From: Ascidiella aspersa | Taxonomy: Eukaryota | Length of the DNA stretch: 60,413 nucleotides | Assembly (NCBI GenBank): GCA_963924565.1 | Contig: CAWUQB010000058.1 | Coordinates: forward strand, 1-60,413 | Direction: 5' to 3' | In this document: piece after piece, positions 45,401-48,019 of the stretch | How positions within the stretch are numbered: the first letter of the stretch is position 1 | How the letters are laid out: each line of letters opens with the position of its first letter | Made by a program: the position numbers and the translations under genes | The notes under the pieces: generated by a model | Databases searched by the model: none | Told to the model about the DNA's origin: nothing | The model's input: the letters and a program-made list of their open reading frames with translations, nothing else

Positions 45401-48019
45401 GTAACAGACAGCACGGGCAATACCCTGACACAAACAGTGACGATCAATGTTACATCAGCATCGAGTATACCGGCAGTACTTTCTCTGGAAAGTGCTGAAA
45501 CCGATGAGTTTGCTTTGCATGAGTCAACCGCTGGGGAACAAGTGGCACCGGTAGCCACTGCGCTCCATAACGGTGGTTTTCTGTCGGTATGGACTCACCA
45601 GAATGTGGTTGTTGAACAAGGGGGGGATGGTAGTGGCTCCAGTATTAAAGCGCGACTACATAACAGCCAAGGGCAGCCGGTTGGCGATGAGTTTTATATT
45701 AACCAGGAAACGTTGGGTAGCCAGAGCCAGCCTGCAGTGACGACGTTGGCTAATGGGGATGTGTTGGTGACATGGCTCTCCGATATAGAGGGCACGGCTC
45801 AAGTTTATGGTCGTCGGTTTGGTGAAGAGGGTGAAGCGAAGGGCAGTGAGTTTGCACTGTTTGATGTGACGAATGGAGACTCTCTCGCACCGGATATTAC
45901 GGCGCTGGCCGATGGTGGCTATTTGGCAACATGGCAAGACGTCGGGCTGGATGGTAGTTCCGATGGCATCTTTTCCCAGCATTTTGACGCAAATGATCAG
46001 GGACAAGGCCAAGCTCAGGTGAATACCTATACCCATGATGGGCAGAATGAACCAGCAACAGCCGCGTTGGTCGATGGTGGCCATGTGATTGTCTGGACGG
46101 GGCGTGGCGCCGATCAAACAGCGGATGAAGGCGTCTATATCCGTCACTACGATGCTAATGGTCATACCATTAATGAAACCGTTGTTAATGAAACGACTAC
46201 TGGGGATCAAAAGGAGGCCCATGTCACAGCGCTGAATAATGGTGGGTATGTGATCGTGTGGGTATCTGATCACGGGGGCGATCAAGTCTTGTTGGTACGC
46301 CATTATGATGCCGCCGGTCAGCCTGTAGGCGGTGAGCGGCAGTTAGCTGAATCTGAGGTGGGGGATGTGTCGAGTCCGACTGTTGTCGGGCTGGATGATG
46401 GTGGTTATATGGTGAGCTGGGTGGCTAGAATAGCATCGGGTGGAAAGAGTGAAGTTTATATTAAGCAATATGACGGTGATGGCGAGCCGGTCGCCGATGC
46501 CCGGGTGTTGAATGACCAACTTTATAGTGCCCAGGAGAGCCCGGATTTAACCTTACTGGCTGATGGTCGTGTTGCCGCTGTTTGGCAGTCAGAGAGTCAG
46601 GATGGCAGTGGTTCCGGTGTGTATGGCAAAGTGTTGTCACTTGAAGGTGTGGTAAAAGAAGGCGCAGTGAATGGGACCCCTGTGGGGCGTGTTTCCGCTG
46701 GCAATACTAATCATCAATACCAGTATGAACTGACGGATGATGCGGCTGGGCGCTTTAGTATCGATGACTCCACCGGTATTATCCGCATAGCTAACTCGGA
46801 ATTGATTGATGCGCAGGAAAGCCAGAGTCATGAAGTGACCGTAACCGTCAGTAATGCGATTGGCAATGAAGTCACTCAGACAATGACTATTGATGTCGCT
46901 TCCCGTTACTTTGACGTTGTTGCACCCGAAGTGGTTATCACTGCAGCGCTCTATGACCCTGCCATTAGGAAAATTGCTCTGGAAGGTGATGCGTTTAATA
47001 CGATCCTTGATGCCGAGCATCCGGCAGAGACAACCGATCTGAAGGATATTTTGGATTGGCGTCAGTTTGTTTATAAAGTGGATGGTTCTGAAGACGTGGT
47101 CTTCACAAAAGATGATGTCCAAAGTGCCAAGGTGTGGGATAACAATAGAATTGTGATTGAGCTGACCGCGGGCAAGGCCGAACAAATTACCAATACAACC
47201 GGTGGCAGCTTTAACAATGATACCCTTGCTATTGCAACAGGATTTATCCGTGATGTCGCCGGTAATGCTGCAACAACCGATGAACTTGTGGAAGGTTCTG
47301 TCACGCAAACTGATTTGAAAACACCGGAGTTGACTCAGGCGATGTCTTCAGACAATGCTCTGGTATTAAACTTCTCAGAGCTATTGGAAGGGCAGCCCAA
47401 CAATGATGACTTCACCATCAGAGTGGATAATAACAGCCGAATTATCAACGATGTTGAGGTGAGTGGTGGCGAGGTGACGGTTAGCTTTATTGGTGAGGCT
47501 TTGACCGGTGATGAACATATTGAATTCAGCTACAGTGGCACGAGCTTGTCCGATGCGGCAGGTAATGTCGTTGATAGTATATCAAGCCTCTCAGCAGGGC
47601 ACACCTACGAGAGCTATGAAGGTGTTGGGTCTTTAGTGGGGAATCGTGGCGATGATATTTTCTTCATGGATCATAGTACAACTATCACAGGTGATGATGG
47701 TTCGGATATTTTTGATATTAATCATGCGGGCACTGCCGAGTCCCCAGCAGAAACGATCATAACTGACTTTAATGCAGGTGAGGGTGACGTGTTGGATATC
47801 AGCGATATCCTGGTTAATGAAAATAATGACTTAACGGACTTGTTGTCTTTTGATAAGACGGATACGGATAACCCGGTACTGGAAGTTAAGGATGCCGCTG
47901 ATGGCGGTGTAACCCATAAGATTACGCTTCAGAATTTTGATTTGTCCGCTTATGGTAGCTCTGATGCAGAGATTCTTAACCATCTTATTGATGATGGCAA
48001 TTTTAGAATGGATTCATAA
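9476..48019 (+). CDS. Giant T1SS-secreted repetitive adhesin (LapA/Bap-like), 12,847 aa
   Basis: Uninterrupted ORF. N-terminal retention-module-like segment (VEVVDSKGNIRLVNVGELLY), cadherin/VCBS-like repeats (TITVTGTNDxP, NNNDGTFSFDPG), NPCBM-like domain, 17 propeller-like+cadherin modules, SwmB-like repeat, C-terminal ITDFNAGEGDVLDISDIL T1SS target motif. Confidence 0.92.
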   Translation: MEGVFVNSSNDPVIGLLKSSDQPVEVVDSKGNIRLVNVGELLYIDDQLVNNSSGDIIVMLINGQLLTISPSQQQIFGKIILNKETSDLNEEDDSEDQEVALKSADDVSEAGSNTSNNVGQQRSENNETDNKTVSETPEDSRTRKISMVERERKTENNQFEEEIEEEGIEEEGIGIEEEQKNDNNISLAPSSSVPATIPRVLEVGAQSFSVNESVNDDGSIVVGKILSKTQGISGDLTYKIIAGNNDEQFEIDENTGAISVTGDLNHELKPIHNLTIEVSADNGSISKKAAISIAVNDVEEAPETTLDADTTTENTATLLDVLVNDTDEDHSDNPDTFVLLSAEIIGEEDSGTVSVVDNKLSFDPGGNFDQLAVGATETVTVRYIMSDAGGLEATGTAVITITGTNDQPEVSQSLSAASDQNASSYAVDLLEYASDVDVGTQFSVSDGSVIWMSGDARGVMVGDNQLVVQPYMYNNLGVGEQETIVYRYSIEDGDGGMVDQTASITVSGSNDVPTVSSSITQSVSEDSSQIQVDLLEGASDVDDSDTLIIQEGSVTLVSGDASGVVIAGNTLTLNLEPYQYLKVGETNPIEYSYTIEDGNGGFVSQTAMITVTGSNDGPQVESSITQEVEESDSEFTVNLLSGVTDVDVGTQFSVSDGSVIWMSGDARGVMVGDNQLVVQPYMYNNLGVGEQETIVYRYSIEDGDGGMVDQTASITVSGSNDAPTVSSSITQSVSEDSSQIQVDLLEGASDVDDSDTLIIQEGSVTLVSGDASGVVIAGNTLTLNLEPYQYLKVGETNPIEYSYTIEDGNGGFVSQTAMITVTGSNDGPQVESSITQEVEESDSEFTVNLLSGVTDVDVGTQFSVSGGSVIWMSGDARGVMVGDNQLVVQPYMYNNLGVGEQETIVYRYSIEDGDGGMVDQTASITVSGSNDAPTVSSSITQSVSEDSSQIQVDLLEGASDVDDSDTLIIQEGSVTLVSGDASGVVIAGNTLTLNLEPYQYLKVGETNPIEYSYTIEDGNGGFVSQTAMITVTGSNDGPQVESSITQEVEESENEFTVNLLSGVTDVDDAENLQVTNFSLVSGDGSGARLSGNQLVVTPQDYGALAAGESESLVYEFDVQDGSGATVRQTATITIMGGNTAPEISGEITAETTEGASIFSINLLRNASDTDAGDTLAVQEGSIILISGDDVGISFNKNTVFVDPLGYEYLPEGEQAVVRYSYQVVDSGGATASHSIAITISGSNDQPVVEAVDISGGEDATVTGSFSVSDKDSSDAHAFSILTLPDRGTVTNNNDGTFSFNPDSDFQQLNEGETQQVTFTYAAIDSSGAIDANSETEVVTITITGSNDQPIAEVVTIESIEGGSLVSGSFEVTDHDEGSSHTFSILTQPEAGIVVNNNDGTFSFSPGSGFQSLSEGEAQEVTFTYQAVDNSGASNAVSEPQTVTVRVTGTNDQPEVAAFSLNATDGSSAVIANFEVTDADSADNHTFTILSEPTEGILTNNGDGSFSFDPGNDFGDLSGNETRQVTFTYIAVDNSGSSSSESEVNTVTVVVLGTNSQPVVQDLSLNGTADGSLITGDFVVSDDDTTNLHTFNILNGPAEGSVTNNNDGSFSFNPGSDFQDMAEGETRQISFTYEAVDDSEADNNASEAKTITITVTGTNDQPVAEVVNVDAIESDAVMGSFSVTDSDSTDTHTFSITTQPAEGAVTNNNDGTFSFSPGSNFQSLGEGETRDVTFQYVAIDDSGTDTDTSEPQTVTITVTGTNDKPIAEVVSLSSGDTSAVSGSFVVSDADSNDDHTFSIVTPPATGTVINNNDGTFSFDPGSDFKDLSEGEIREITFTYVADDGSGAENARSDVTTVSITVTGSNDRPVAEVVSIAASEGASPVTGSFAVTDGDTGDNHTFNITRQPSEGTVTNNNDGTFIFVPGDAFEDLGEGEIRDITFEYVAVDDSGTDTDTSEAQTVTITVTGTNDKPQADVVNIETAGGDGLASGSFVVTDADHSDDHSFSIAGQPSSGTVTNNNDGTFSFDPGDDFQDLADGETREVTFTYVATDDSGADNASSDPQTVTITVTGSNARPVVEVVNVSAREGMESITGSFAVVDVDSSDTHSFSISNQPAEGTVTNNNDGTFSFTLGSDFEDLGEGETRDVSFEYIAVDDSGTDTDTSEPQTVTITVTGTNDKPEAEVVSVEVIDGSGVITGNFTVTDSDSNDTHTFTITSQPEAGAVTNNSDGSFSFDPGSDFSYLLSGETREITFNYRVADGSGADNSVSDESTVTLTVTGTNDRPIAEVVAIEAVEEGYDVIGSFGVTDRDNNDTHTYTITKQPSEGVVTNNNDGTFKFAVGNNFQDLGEGETREVTFEYIAIDSSGEENATSEPKTITVTVTGTNDTPQAEVVAVGAGETAVVTGEFLVMDSDSGDSHTFTIQTEPESGTLVNNNDGTFSFDPGDGFRHLSEGEIKELTFTYIATDDSGIANDTSEPQTVTITITGSNERPVVEVLEELTSKENTLSASFSVVDGDSSNSHTFNILTEPDKGTVTNNNDGTFSFDPGPDFDYLGSRDSEEITFTYEAVDDSGASNATSAPQTVTIVVTGNNHQPEAEMVSVDINEDTHSVRGTFGVSDGDEIDTHTFEIRSQPEEGTVVNNEDGTFTFTPNRTFQDLNNGETREVTFSYVAIDDSGTANATSEVQTATVTVQGADEPPETVYLSDLTATDVTNITDLEDDGLQFKNDVRHLGNSLYIDDTYYEKGVYQLPSDNSVSKATYDVPEGTTHFSAILGLGGYGGSVRFSVLLDGVVAYQSGTVTSFSDKIPINVPMHGAREISLQVDSLGSSESDQAIWADAKLIVIPQTNEAPVDIKLDIDASEEFALNQNTIGHQTDPVVTSLDSGGFMTVWTNQTTSSSSGGDGSGYSVKARIFDEAGHPTGSEFFIGTSTSSDQQQASVTTLENGDVLVVWRSAHTGKAQIYGRRFDADGNPQTGEMALLDAVGTGSGIPDVTALSDGGYLAVWKDWSLDGSSQGIYAQRFTVDDFTVAISDLRGETLVFTAGGLSMGSGETASVTVPNDFLSGDHLWVVVAGGGYTKALKVQITDSDNGITFTQTDARYISGNDTSYDFDTQPSSGNNIANSDTSPGYGIASVSMAGNTIVDNYLGTTGQEWIVSDDQSATIGDQDQPVDDEGLGQFKVNTYTAGLQDHPEVVGLSDGGYVIVWQGQGEGQTSNHGVFLHHYNADGSTLHEGVVSTTTSDDQSRAQITALAGGGYVVTWSSDHDGIYNTYGRLYDYSGEAVGDERLLTESDKNQTNDAVVALDDGGFLVSWSEDFDTFAQRFDAQGSAVDEAFRLNDRKGDTQDSVQLDVLNDGRVVAVWESESALQYGSNREVYGKVLALNGLAKDSAANGVSVGKVSVDDPDIGEQHLFELDDDADGRFAIDQATGVITIADADTIDYNENESHDIAVTVTDNFGHSITKTLTIDVAPANHAPNNLSLGMVDSGEFTLNQHDNTPYDPHITALDNGGFITTWVYQVGDAQNGGDGSNFGTKARLFNAYGQPQGDEFVVTQSTDHQLHSSVTTLANGDVLMTWASYHSDSSYRVYGRRFDEESHALSDEFALFESAGAQQSVPDVSALEDGGYVVSWHDASLDGSNNGVFAQRFNADDKGSGQFQVNSYTAGHQDSPDTAGLSDGGYVVVWDGPGQNDTGSDSIYLRQYSSNGETVQEIQVNNTTTGTQDKPQVTALTEGGFLVTWTSSHSGSSAIYGRRYGDDGKPEGVEFQVSQGYGLNEWDSSVLALDEGGFIVSWQAAAQEGVGIEVYAQRYDVNAQAVNDIFRLNDNIGGDQQTPQLTQLADGRIASVWRTQENSDGATWDIRGNVLALDVQVNEGVAAGTPVGQVNVNDPDVGDSHQFELMDDADGRFAIDPNTGIITVVDPGRIDHSDAAQHDIIVKVTDSGGNELSESMTLDVKPTNRAPARMSLESFETEAFQLHDFTEGSQYRPSITGLDNGGFISVWDNSHSSSSTGGDGSGEAIKARLYNEDGQAMGDEFLVNQNTSSVQFYPSVTTLADGDVLVTWSSNHEGSFRVYGRRYDEKGHAQTGDFALFESGDSHQHHSEVSALADGGYIVSWQDKDGSEMGIYAQRFDADNNGLGQVQVNRYTNNDQARPETAGLADGGYAIVWSGRGSDQPSDDGIYIRQYNAKGETVKEDIVNTTLGSSQSKAEITALNSGGYLVSWSSNHEDTYNVYARMYDAQGEPIGDEWKLSPNASGDEWKFSPNASLDEYNTDIIALDDGGFMATWYSNGEGAGNDVYAQRYDAEGGMAGDVFRLNDYIGSDQESAQLTQLADGRIVAAWQSNGQDGDSGGVYGKVLTLGDTVKDDAEVGAVVGQVRIDDPDLGDTHQFALEDDAGGRFAIDANTGVITVVSAEYIDYGDAAEHDVQVRVTDSAGHTLNQTLTVHVAPGNRAPTTLSMGRAESDEFVINESTAGRQDMSAVTALDDGSMMVAWRDAGTGSLKMRRLDAEGEPVSDEIYLADIEGGPGSDPSITTLANGDVLATWSSEASGSYRVYGRRFDEEGNALSDKFELYESSGAGQYQPDITTLSDGGYLAVWQDASQDGSSHGVYAQRFNQNDQGLGQFKVNSHTSGSQETPHATGLIDGGYVVVWNGAGADGQSAGVYLRHYGAKGETIAEMPINQGDSTAVDVQIAALDEGGYVASWSSNQDGTYQIYARLFDAQGQPQGDEFLVNDQPDFDSLNKSILSLNDGGFLMGWTTHGSEGADGELFAQRFDASGAKEGDSFMLNDYIRDHQDGVQLDQLEDGRIISVWDSNGDDGNRFGISGKLFSLEGAVKESAPEGTVVGKIDVDDPDLRDTHHFELLDNAGGRFSINETTGIIRVADPDSINYEDAAHHELSVRVTDSAGYQVTETFTIDVSRGSKPPVSMSLEMDGGEPFALNAFIPGDQTTPVITSLNNGNLLAVWKTTNNSVATGGDGSGGSINARILDANGQPQSPEFRVHRNTTNDQSNPAATTLMNGDVLMTWTSNQSGAYRLYGRRYDEDGNALGLEFSMTESAGNGQYEPSISALKDGGYLVSWHDDSLDGSSLGVFAHRFDADDQGLGQFKVNTYTTNQQYNPDTTGLSDGGYVVAWSGRGADQTDNNGVYLRQYSADGKTVVERTVSDTITGEQKDAKITALFDGGYVVSWVSSHEGGYAIYARRFTAQGESLGDEFKVSPDSLSAEYNHDIIALDDGGFMVSWDQGSSGEGGYARRFNQYGEEQGDVIQLNDDYMGGGQTEVQLLLMPDGRVATAWRSDGLDGLDGSGTGVYGRYLSLDGVIKETVPEGTSLGRIQVSDPDQGDTHTYELTDDAGGRFAIDSSTGVITVADASQLNYREAPSHDITVKITDSTGHTLTQIFTIDVAASHRAPVSLRLERVAREESEEFDINSFTSGDQIEPVLSALDNGGFMSAWVNYTASPSSGGDGDQYSIKAQLFDAEGVPVGTEFLVNQSSSGYQFHPASTTLANGDVMVSWSSNHSGSLNRVYGRRFDEDGTALTDEMLLFESAGGSQYRPELGALADGGYVVSWHDTSQDGSSAGIFAQRFTADNEGQGQFRVNSYTIDDQSQPDVTGLSNGGYVIAWYGRGEGQTNNNGVYIRQYNANGETVLETSVSNTEADSQYQPQITELADGRYVVTWASNHDGDYDLYARIFNGQGVPQGDEFLVSELSGIEYASDITSLDDGGFLVAWQGALEGSGNEAYARRFNAEGEAVGDAFRLNDNANGEQSMPRLEVLADGRIVSAWQSESSDGSGYGAVGKILRLDSLVKEGATAGTVIGQMQVDDPDQKDQHTYELTDDADGRFAIDPNTGIITVIDPGRIDHSDAAQHDIIVKVTDSGGNELSESITLDVTPAKANRAPARMSLESFETEAFQLHEFTSDDQTDPVVTSLDSGGFMAVWTTQATSSSSGGDGSGYSVKARIFDEAGHPTGSEFFIGTSTSSDQQQASVTTLENGDVLVVWRSAHTGKAQIYGRRFDADGNPQTGEITLFDAVGTGSGIPDVTALSDGGYLAVWKDWSLGGSSHAIYAQRFTVDDEGLGQFKVNTTEAMSDLRGETLVFTAGGLSMDSGETASVTVPNDFLSGDHLWVVVAGGGYTKALKVQITDSDNGITFTQTDARYISGHDTSYDFDTQPSSGNNIANSDTSPGYGIASVSMAGNTIVDNYLGTTGQEWISARIGDQDQPEVVGLSDGGYVIVWQGQGGEEPTSEHGVFLRHYNADGSTLHEGVVSTTVSGDQSSSQVTVLADGGYIISWSSDHSGSHRVYARRYNAEGEAQGDEFQVSTGGRPQVVMTANTQSWDFSSDTSGLTIDDGAMGSTFGQAALQFYNSNSVYSHLSAEGKVSSITQVESGYKLVVENGTAAVTVYDSSTTGLFSGGAHGTDLYMSNNGDRLILTAVDGSDFHYEGSWVQKFSSGSSVPLTVEGYKDGVHLYNISSNADSGSWSNIVGFSGTVVDEIRFNTRGEYVGVDSIYLRAADSNSTTAISPRHVTTETFDTSNGGELSFQFRYGHSSNSGETPESNEYIKLQYSTDGGNSWITTHVYSDASYFDGNWHNFNLSLPSHLQHESIQFRMTQHANTGDRFDHWAIDNLSITTYVEELVQAESFVSDIVALDDGGFMVSWEASHQEGADSEVYAHRYDTDGEAVGEPFMVNDYIGQDQQNAQLSVLSDGRISAVWQSYEEDGSSGGVYGKVLTLGDTVKDDAKVGAIVGQVRIDDPDLGDTHQFALEDDAGGRFAIDASSGVITVAAPDLIDYAEAAEHELVVEVTDSAGHTLTQSFTVEVAQTHREPVSLSMTRVETDEVVVNAFTSGGQGTPDITTLPDGGSLVVWEQQESSASSGGDGSSWSIKARRLDADGQPMGSEFQVNTSTNSTQREPAVTTLADGDVLVTWQSIHSNSYRVYGRRFDADGNPETGELTLFESSGAHQFDPDITALADGGYLATWHDSSQDGSDRGIYAQRFDAENEGLGQFKVNDYTADSQHMPKTAGLSDGGYVVVWNGRGEGQTDNNGVFLRQYDAEGNTRVDIAVNTTLSGDQASAQVTSLAEGGYVVSWSSNQDGLYKAYVRTFDADGTPRGDEMMVDDQSTEAGYSPSVTSLQDGDFLVSWDMYNVDGSSNETYVRRFDVDGVAVGEPFRLNNYQGGDQSKAALVEAADGRITAVWESEGPDGDSYGIVSKTIALGGVSGAAVEGAVVGRVEVDDPDFADSHQYTLLDNGGGRFEIDSATGVIRVAAPLLEQAVVQDAVEGLSQHLQIHTMIEGRAYQLNDVITVTFTNSLDSSETYTVDYTVTEAEPYIVGGELANFLVNAEGIGEQLAFATGPTGSGPGPIGSSYLNVLEVTSNKPPYLIDVVMSDADGNEYPKDFSGMVKNVTMLDGVDYNGEGTVGIAQIETLSVPTHFYTGQVIPVNVGDQSVTYTVAEGDSTNDIRDGLIASLNNDEVVGGQVTAEASGDSVIRLVSAPGETVAINSSYDLNVQVTDSAGQSITDTVTIAVSKSQHAPVNLSLEMVESDEFALHMFTEGTQSYPSITGLDNGGFISVWQNSHDASATGGDGHGYSIKARLYNEDGQAMGGEFVVNQNTSGHQYHPSVTTLTDGDVLVTWSSINEGSYRVYGRRYDENGNAQTGDFTLFESVDSHQYFSEVSALADGGYIVSWRDTDDSDYGIYAQRFDADNNGLGQVQVNRYTTNTQKMPETAGLADGGYAIVWSGSGSDQPSDTGIYIRQYNAKGETVKEDTVNTTLHGYQDRAEITALNSGGYLVSWSSGHGGKYDVYARMYDAQGDPMGDEWTLSPNASLSEYNSDIIALDDGGFMATWHSHAEDTGYDVYAQRYDAEGAVVGDAFRLNDYIGSDQESAQLTQLADGRIVAAWQSKGQDGESNNYEVYGKILAIDGLVTDRAQSGTPVGRVKVDDADFGDEHTYLLIDNAGGRFTIDVNTGVISVANPSLIDYEDNPSHNVSVQVTDSTGNRHSQTLTIDVAPSSRHAPVGMSLGMVEGEEFALHTYTAAAQMNPEITTLDDGGFLSVWLNQNADSSTGGDGNSYSIKAQRFDANGQPQGAEFRVNQSTNDTQRVPDVTTLANGDILVTWASRHVAGESAFRVYGRRFDAEGNALTNEMALYESTGTTQYEPSVSALEAGGYVVSWYDTTLDGSDSGVFSQRFDENNQGQGQVRVNSYTSSHQYYPETEGLSDGGYVVVWYGRGADQTDGHGVYLRQYSADGTTVTESVVSQTISGAQTHAKVSAFGDGGYVISWASTHEGLNKVYARVFNDRGEPQGDEFLITTSTLDHVYNSDITVLDDGTFMASWNALNADGADTEVYARHFNAEGQALGDAFRLNDYISSAQENAKLEQLEDGRIAAVWHSHGQDGDNFGVYGKIISAAGVVKDSAAAGMPVGQVNVDDPDFGDTHRFQLTDSAVGRFTIDSNTGVISVANANLINHQDNARHDVTVQITDGTGHTYSETFTINVTPHNVAPLSLRLEMVETDEFQLHEMTTDSQLYPDVTLLDNGGFLAVWTHRNPSSSSGGDGSGFSVKGRLFDADGQPMSHEFLVNQNTANDQRYAATTTLTNGDVLVTWSSYHNGKYQIFGRRFDQNGNAPTDEIVLYESSGSGQHEPDVSALADGGYLVSWYDASLDGSGFGVYAQQFDENNVGQGQVLVNRYTSNNQQQPSTTGLPDGGYVISWTGDGADQDDHGVYIRQYSADGETIIEMPVNSTTAGNQVYSAVTALAEGGYVVTWSSPHGGTYDVYARMFNKEGQPQSDEFKVSHQSSGDEYSRDVTALEDGGFLVSWDSRESGGSGSQVYARRYNASGEEAGDIFVLNDQTDETQEYANLDTLADGRVVSVWHSSGQDGSGFGVYGKVLSMGDAVKEGAADGTVVGRVAVNDPDQNDTHAFALTDNAGGRFTIDENTGEIRVANGALLDHSEAHCHTINVKVTDSAGHTITQRMTIDVTPANRAPASMSLKVSEGDEFVINESTAGDQDMPAVTALDDGGMMVAWRDEGNGSLKMRRLDAEGEPVSDEIHLAGGVQSRISRTLTFDDLGIGQNGSAAVGTYHEFTFDTGTKARDEYFVATSGDFSAINKRDDATTITVPNGTSFTFDGVDMQLFGTATRTSTVSGYRDGVEVWSKSVNINGSYQYVSGESEEIDTLKFDIDVGWHFLIDTLKLTAIKDESGSDPSMTTLANGDVLATWSSDASGAYRVYGRRFDEEGNALSDEFELYELSGAGQYQPEITALADGGYLATWHDSSLDGSSWGVFAQRFSADGVGEGQFQVNRYTSGEQSEPRTLGLPDGGYVIIWNGRNADQTGDDGVYMRQYSAEGETVAERTVTRDIGGDQNHQQITALADGGYVITWTSNHDDETHVYARVFDRKGNAQGDGQLIITDSSGSDFSQDIIGLDDGGFFVTWQTANADGFGYEVYARRFSAEGHPTGERFRLNDETSGDQLNAQLDVLSDGRVISVWQSANQDGSGTGVYGKVLAMGGLLNESAGNGVEVGRVEVDDLDMGDSHAFALTDNAGGRFVIDASTGVISLADSNLIDYGENTHHDVSVQVTDSAGHTLTQTMTIEVAPPDYARISINIEPVVGDEFVINYGRLGHQIDPVITYFEDGGFIVAWVNEFVDLSAGGDGSGYSIKAQRYDAEGNKVSFEYQLNEPSLNNQMQPSMTTLANGEVLVTWSSNHEGGNYRVYGRRLDAAGDPQDDEIVLFESGTGHQYDTEITALADGGYVVSWYDNEGADGSSDAVFAQRFDADDQGFGQFQVNSYATNSQFAPDTAGLSDGSYVIAWSGRGADQTGNDGVYVRHYSANGETLYETTVSNTQAGQQLFAKVASLVDGGYVVSWSSDQDGENEVYARRFGSDGQPLGNEFRVSHQPFSESNTTDIIALDDGGFMISWNAVNADGTGNETYARQYDAEGHASGDAFRLSAYTDSHQNDARLQQLPNGKLAAVWESNEQDSDGYGIYGRLIDLDSRVKEGAEAGTIVGRATVEGPNLGAQHQFELADDADGRFTIDPNTGIITVVDPGRIDYSDAAQHDIIVKVTDSTGNESSAGMTLDVIPANRAPARMSLESFETEVFQLHEFTSDDHADPVVTSLDSGGFMAVWTNQTTTSSSSGGDGSGYSVKARIFDEAGHPTGSEFFIGTSTSSDQQQASVTTLENGDVLVVWRSAHTGKAQIYGRRFDADGNPQTGEMALLDAVGTGSGIPDVTALSDGGYLAVWKDWSLDGSSQGIYAQRFTVDDFTVAISDLRGETLVFTVNGRSMGYEQTASVTVPNDFLSGDHLWVVVTEGDNTKALKVQITDSDNGITFTQTDARYISGNDTSYDFDTQPSSGNNIANSDTSPGYGIASVSMAGNTIVDNYLGTTGQEWIVSDDQSATTGDQDQPVDDEGLGQFKVNTYTEGLQDHPEVVGLSDGGYVIVWQGQGEGPTSDHGVFLRHYNADGSTLHEGVVSTTISGDQSGSQVTALADGGYIISWSSDHSGEHGVYARRYNAKGEAQGDEFQMSSGGHPQVVMTTKTQSWDFSSDTSGLTIDDGGVGATFGQAALQFYGNPAYLSAEGKTSFASQVESGYKMVVENDTAAITVYDSSAVHFFSDAPHGTNLYMSNNGDSLILTAVDGSDFYYQSSWVQKLNAGSSTMTIEGYKDGVHLYSINGTATKDAWNEIAGESGTLVDEIRFNSWDQLMGIDGISLRAADSNSTTAITPRHVTTETFDTSNGGELSFQFRYGHAGNSGETLESNEYIKLQYSTDGGNSWITTHAYSNASYFDGNWHDVNLSLPRHLQHESIQFRMTQHANSGDAFDHWAIDNLSITTYVEEVVETGSFLNGFLNDIVALDDGGFMVSWDASNQEGADSEVYAHRYDAGGEAVGEPFMVNDYIGQDQQNAQLSVLSDGRISAVWQSYEEDGSSGGVYGKVLTLGDTVKDDAEAGAIVGQVRIDDPDLGDTHQFALEDDAGGRFAIDASSGVITVAAPDLIDYAEATEHELVVEVTDTAGHTLTQSFTVEVAQTNREPVSLSMTRAETDEVVVNAFTSGAQSDPDITTLADGGSLVVWEQQQSSASSGGDGSSWSIKARRLDADGQPVGNEFQVNTSTSSTQGQPAVTTLADGDVLVTWQSTHTNSYRVYGRRFDADGNPETGELTLFESSGAHQFIPDITALANGGYLATWHDNSQDGSGKGIYAQRFDAENEGLGQFKVNDYTADSQYRPKTAGLSDGGYVVVWNGRGEGQTDNEGVFLRQYDAEGNTRVDIAVNTTLSGDQINAQVTSLAEGGYVVSWSSNHDGLYKAYVRTFDADGTPRGDELMVDEQFTDAGYNPSVTGLQDGGFLVSWDVENVDGSHYETYVRRFDVDGVAVGESFRLNNYQGGDQSSAELVAAADGRITAVWQSEGPDGDSYGIVSKTIALGGVSGAAVEGAVVGRIEVDDPDFGESYAFVLTDDAGGRFAIDSDTGVIAIADPSLLNYQNHASHDVSVQVTDSAGQSITDTVTIAVSKSQHAPVNLSLEMVESDEFALHAFTEGSQYRPSMTGLDNGGFISVWDNSHSSSSTGGDGSGEAIKARLYNEDGQAMGDEFLVNQNTSSVQFYPSVTTLADGDVLVTWSSNHEGSFRVYGRRYDENGHAQTGDFALFESGDSNQHHSEVSALADGGYIVSWQDKDGSEMGIYAQRFDADNNGLGQAQVNRYTNNDQARPETAGLADGGYAIVWSGRGSDQPSDDGIYIRQYNAKGETVKEDIVNTTLGGSQSKAEITALNSGGYLVSWSSNHEGTYNVYARMYDAQGEPIGDEWTLSPNASLSEYNTDITALDDGGFMATWSSNGEGAGDEVYAQRYDAAGGMAGDVFRLNDYIGSDQESAQLTQLADGRIVAAWQSNGQDGDSGGVYGKVLTLGDTVKDDAEVGTVVGRVNVNDPDFTDTYTFVLIDDAGGRFTVDSTTGVISIADSDQINYTENSRHDLSVRVTDSTGNTLTQTVTINVTSASSIPAVLSLESAETDEFALHESTAGEQVAPVATALHNGGFLSVWTHQNVVVEQGGDGSGSSIKARLHNSQGQPVGDEFYINQETLGSQSQPAVTTLANGDVLVTWLSDIEGTAQVYGRRFGEEGEAKGSEFALFDVTNGDSLAPDITALADGGYLATWQDVGLDGSSDGIFSQHFDANDQGQGQAQVNTYTHDGQNEPATAALVDGGHVIVWTGRGADQTADEGVYIRHYDANGHTINETVVNETTTGDQKEAHVTALNNGGYVIVWVSDHGGDQVLLVRHYDAAGQPVGGERQLAESEVGDVSSPTVVGLDDGGYMVSWVARIASGGKSEVYIKQYDGDGEPVADARVLNDQLYSAQESPDLTLLADGRVAAVWQSESQDGSGSGVYGKVLSLEGVVKEGAVNGTPVGRVSAGNTNHQYQYELTDDAAGRFSIDDSTGIIRIANSELIDAQESQSHEVTVTVSNAIGNEVTQTMTIDVASRYFDVVAPEVVITAALYDPAIRKIALEGDAFNTILDAEHPAETTDLKDILDWRQFVYKVDGSEDVVFTKDDVQSAKVWDNNRIVIELTAGKAEQITNTTGGSFNNDTLAIATGFIRDVAGNAATTDELVEGSVTQTDLKTPELTQAMSSDNALVLNFSELLEGQPNNDDFTIRVDNNSRIINDVEVSGGEVTVSFIGEALTGDEHIEFSYSGTSLSDAAGNVVDSISSLSAGHTYESYEGVGSLVGNRGDDIFFMDHSTTITGDDGSDIFDINHAGTAESPAETIITDFNAGEGDVLDISDILVNENNDLTDLLSFDKTDTDNPVLEVKDAADGGVTHKITLQNFDLSAYGSSDAEILNHLIDDGNFRMDS
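10778..12677 (+). repeat. Three near-identical 630-bp tandem repeats (two Ig-like domains each) within the adhesin
   Basis: gatgttgatgttggaaccca recurs at 10778, 11408 and 12038; antisense ORFs repeat at 630-bp offsets. Confidence 0.92.
17570..17997 (+). other. NPCBM/NEW2-like carbohydrate-binding domain in the adhesin
   Basis: VYLSDL...LYIDDTYYEKGV...ATYDV...FSAILGL...VRFSVLLDG...AIWADAKL pattern, recognised by eye. Confidence 0.7.
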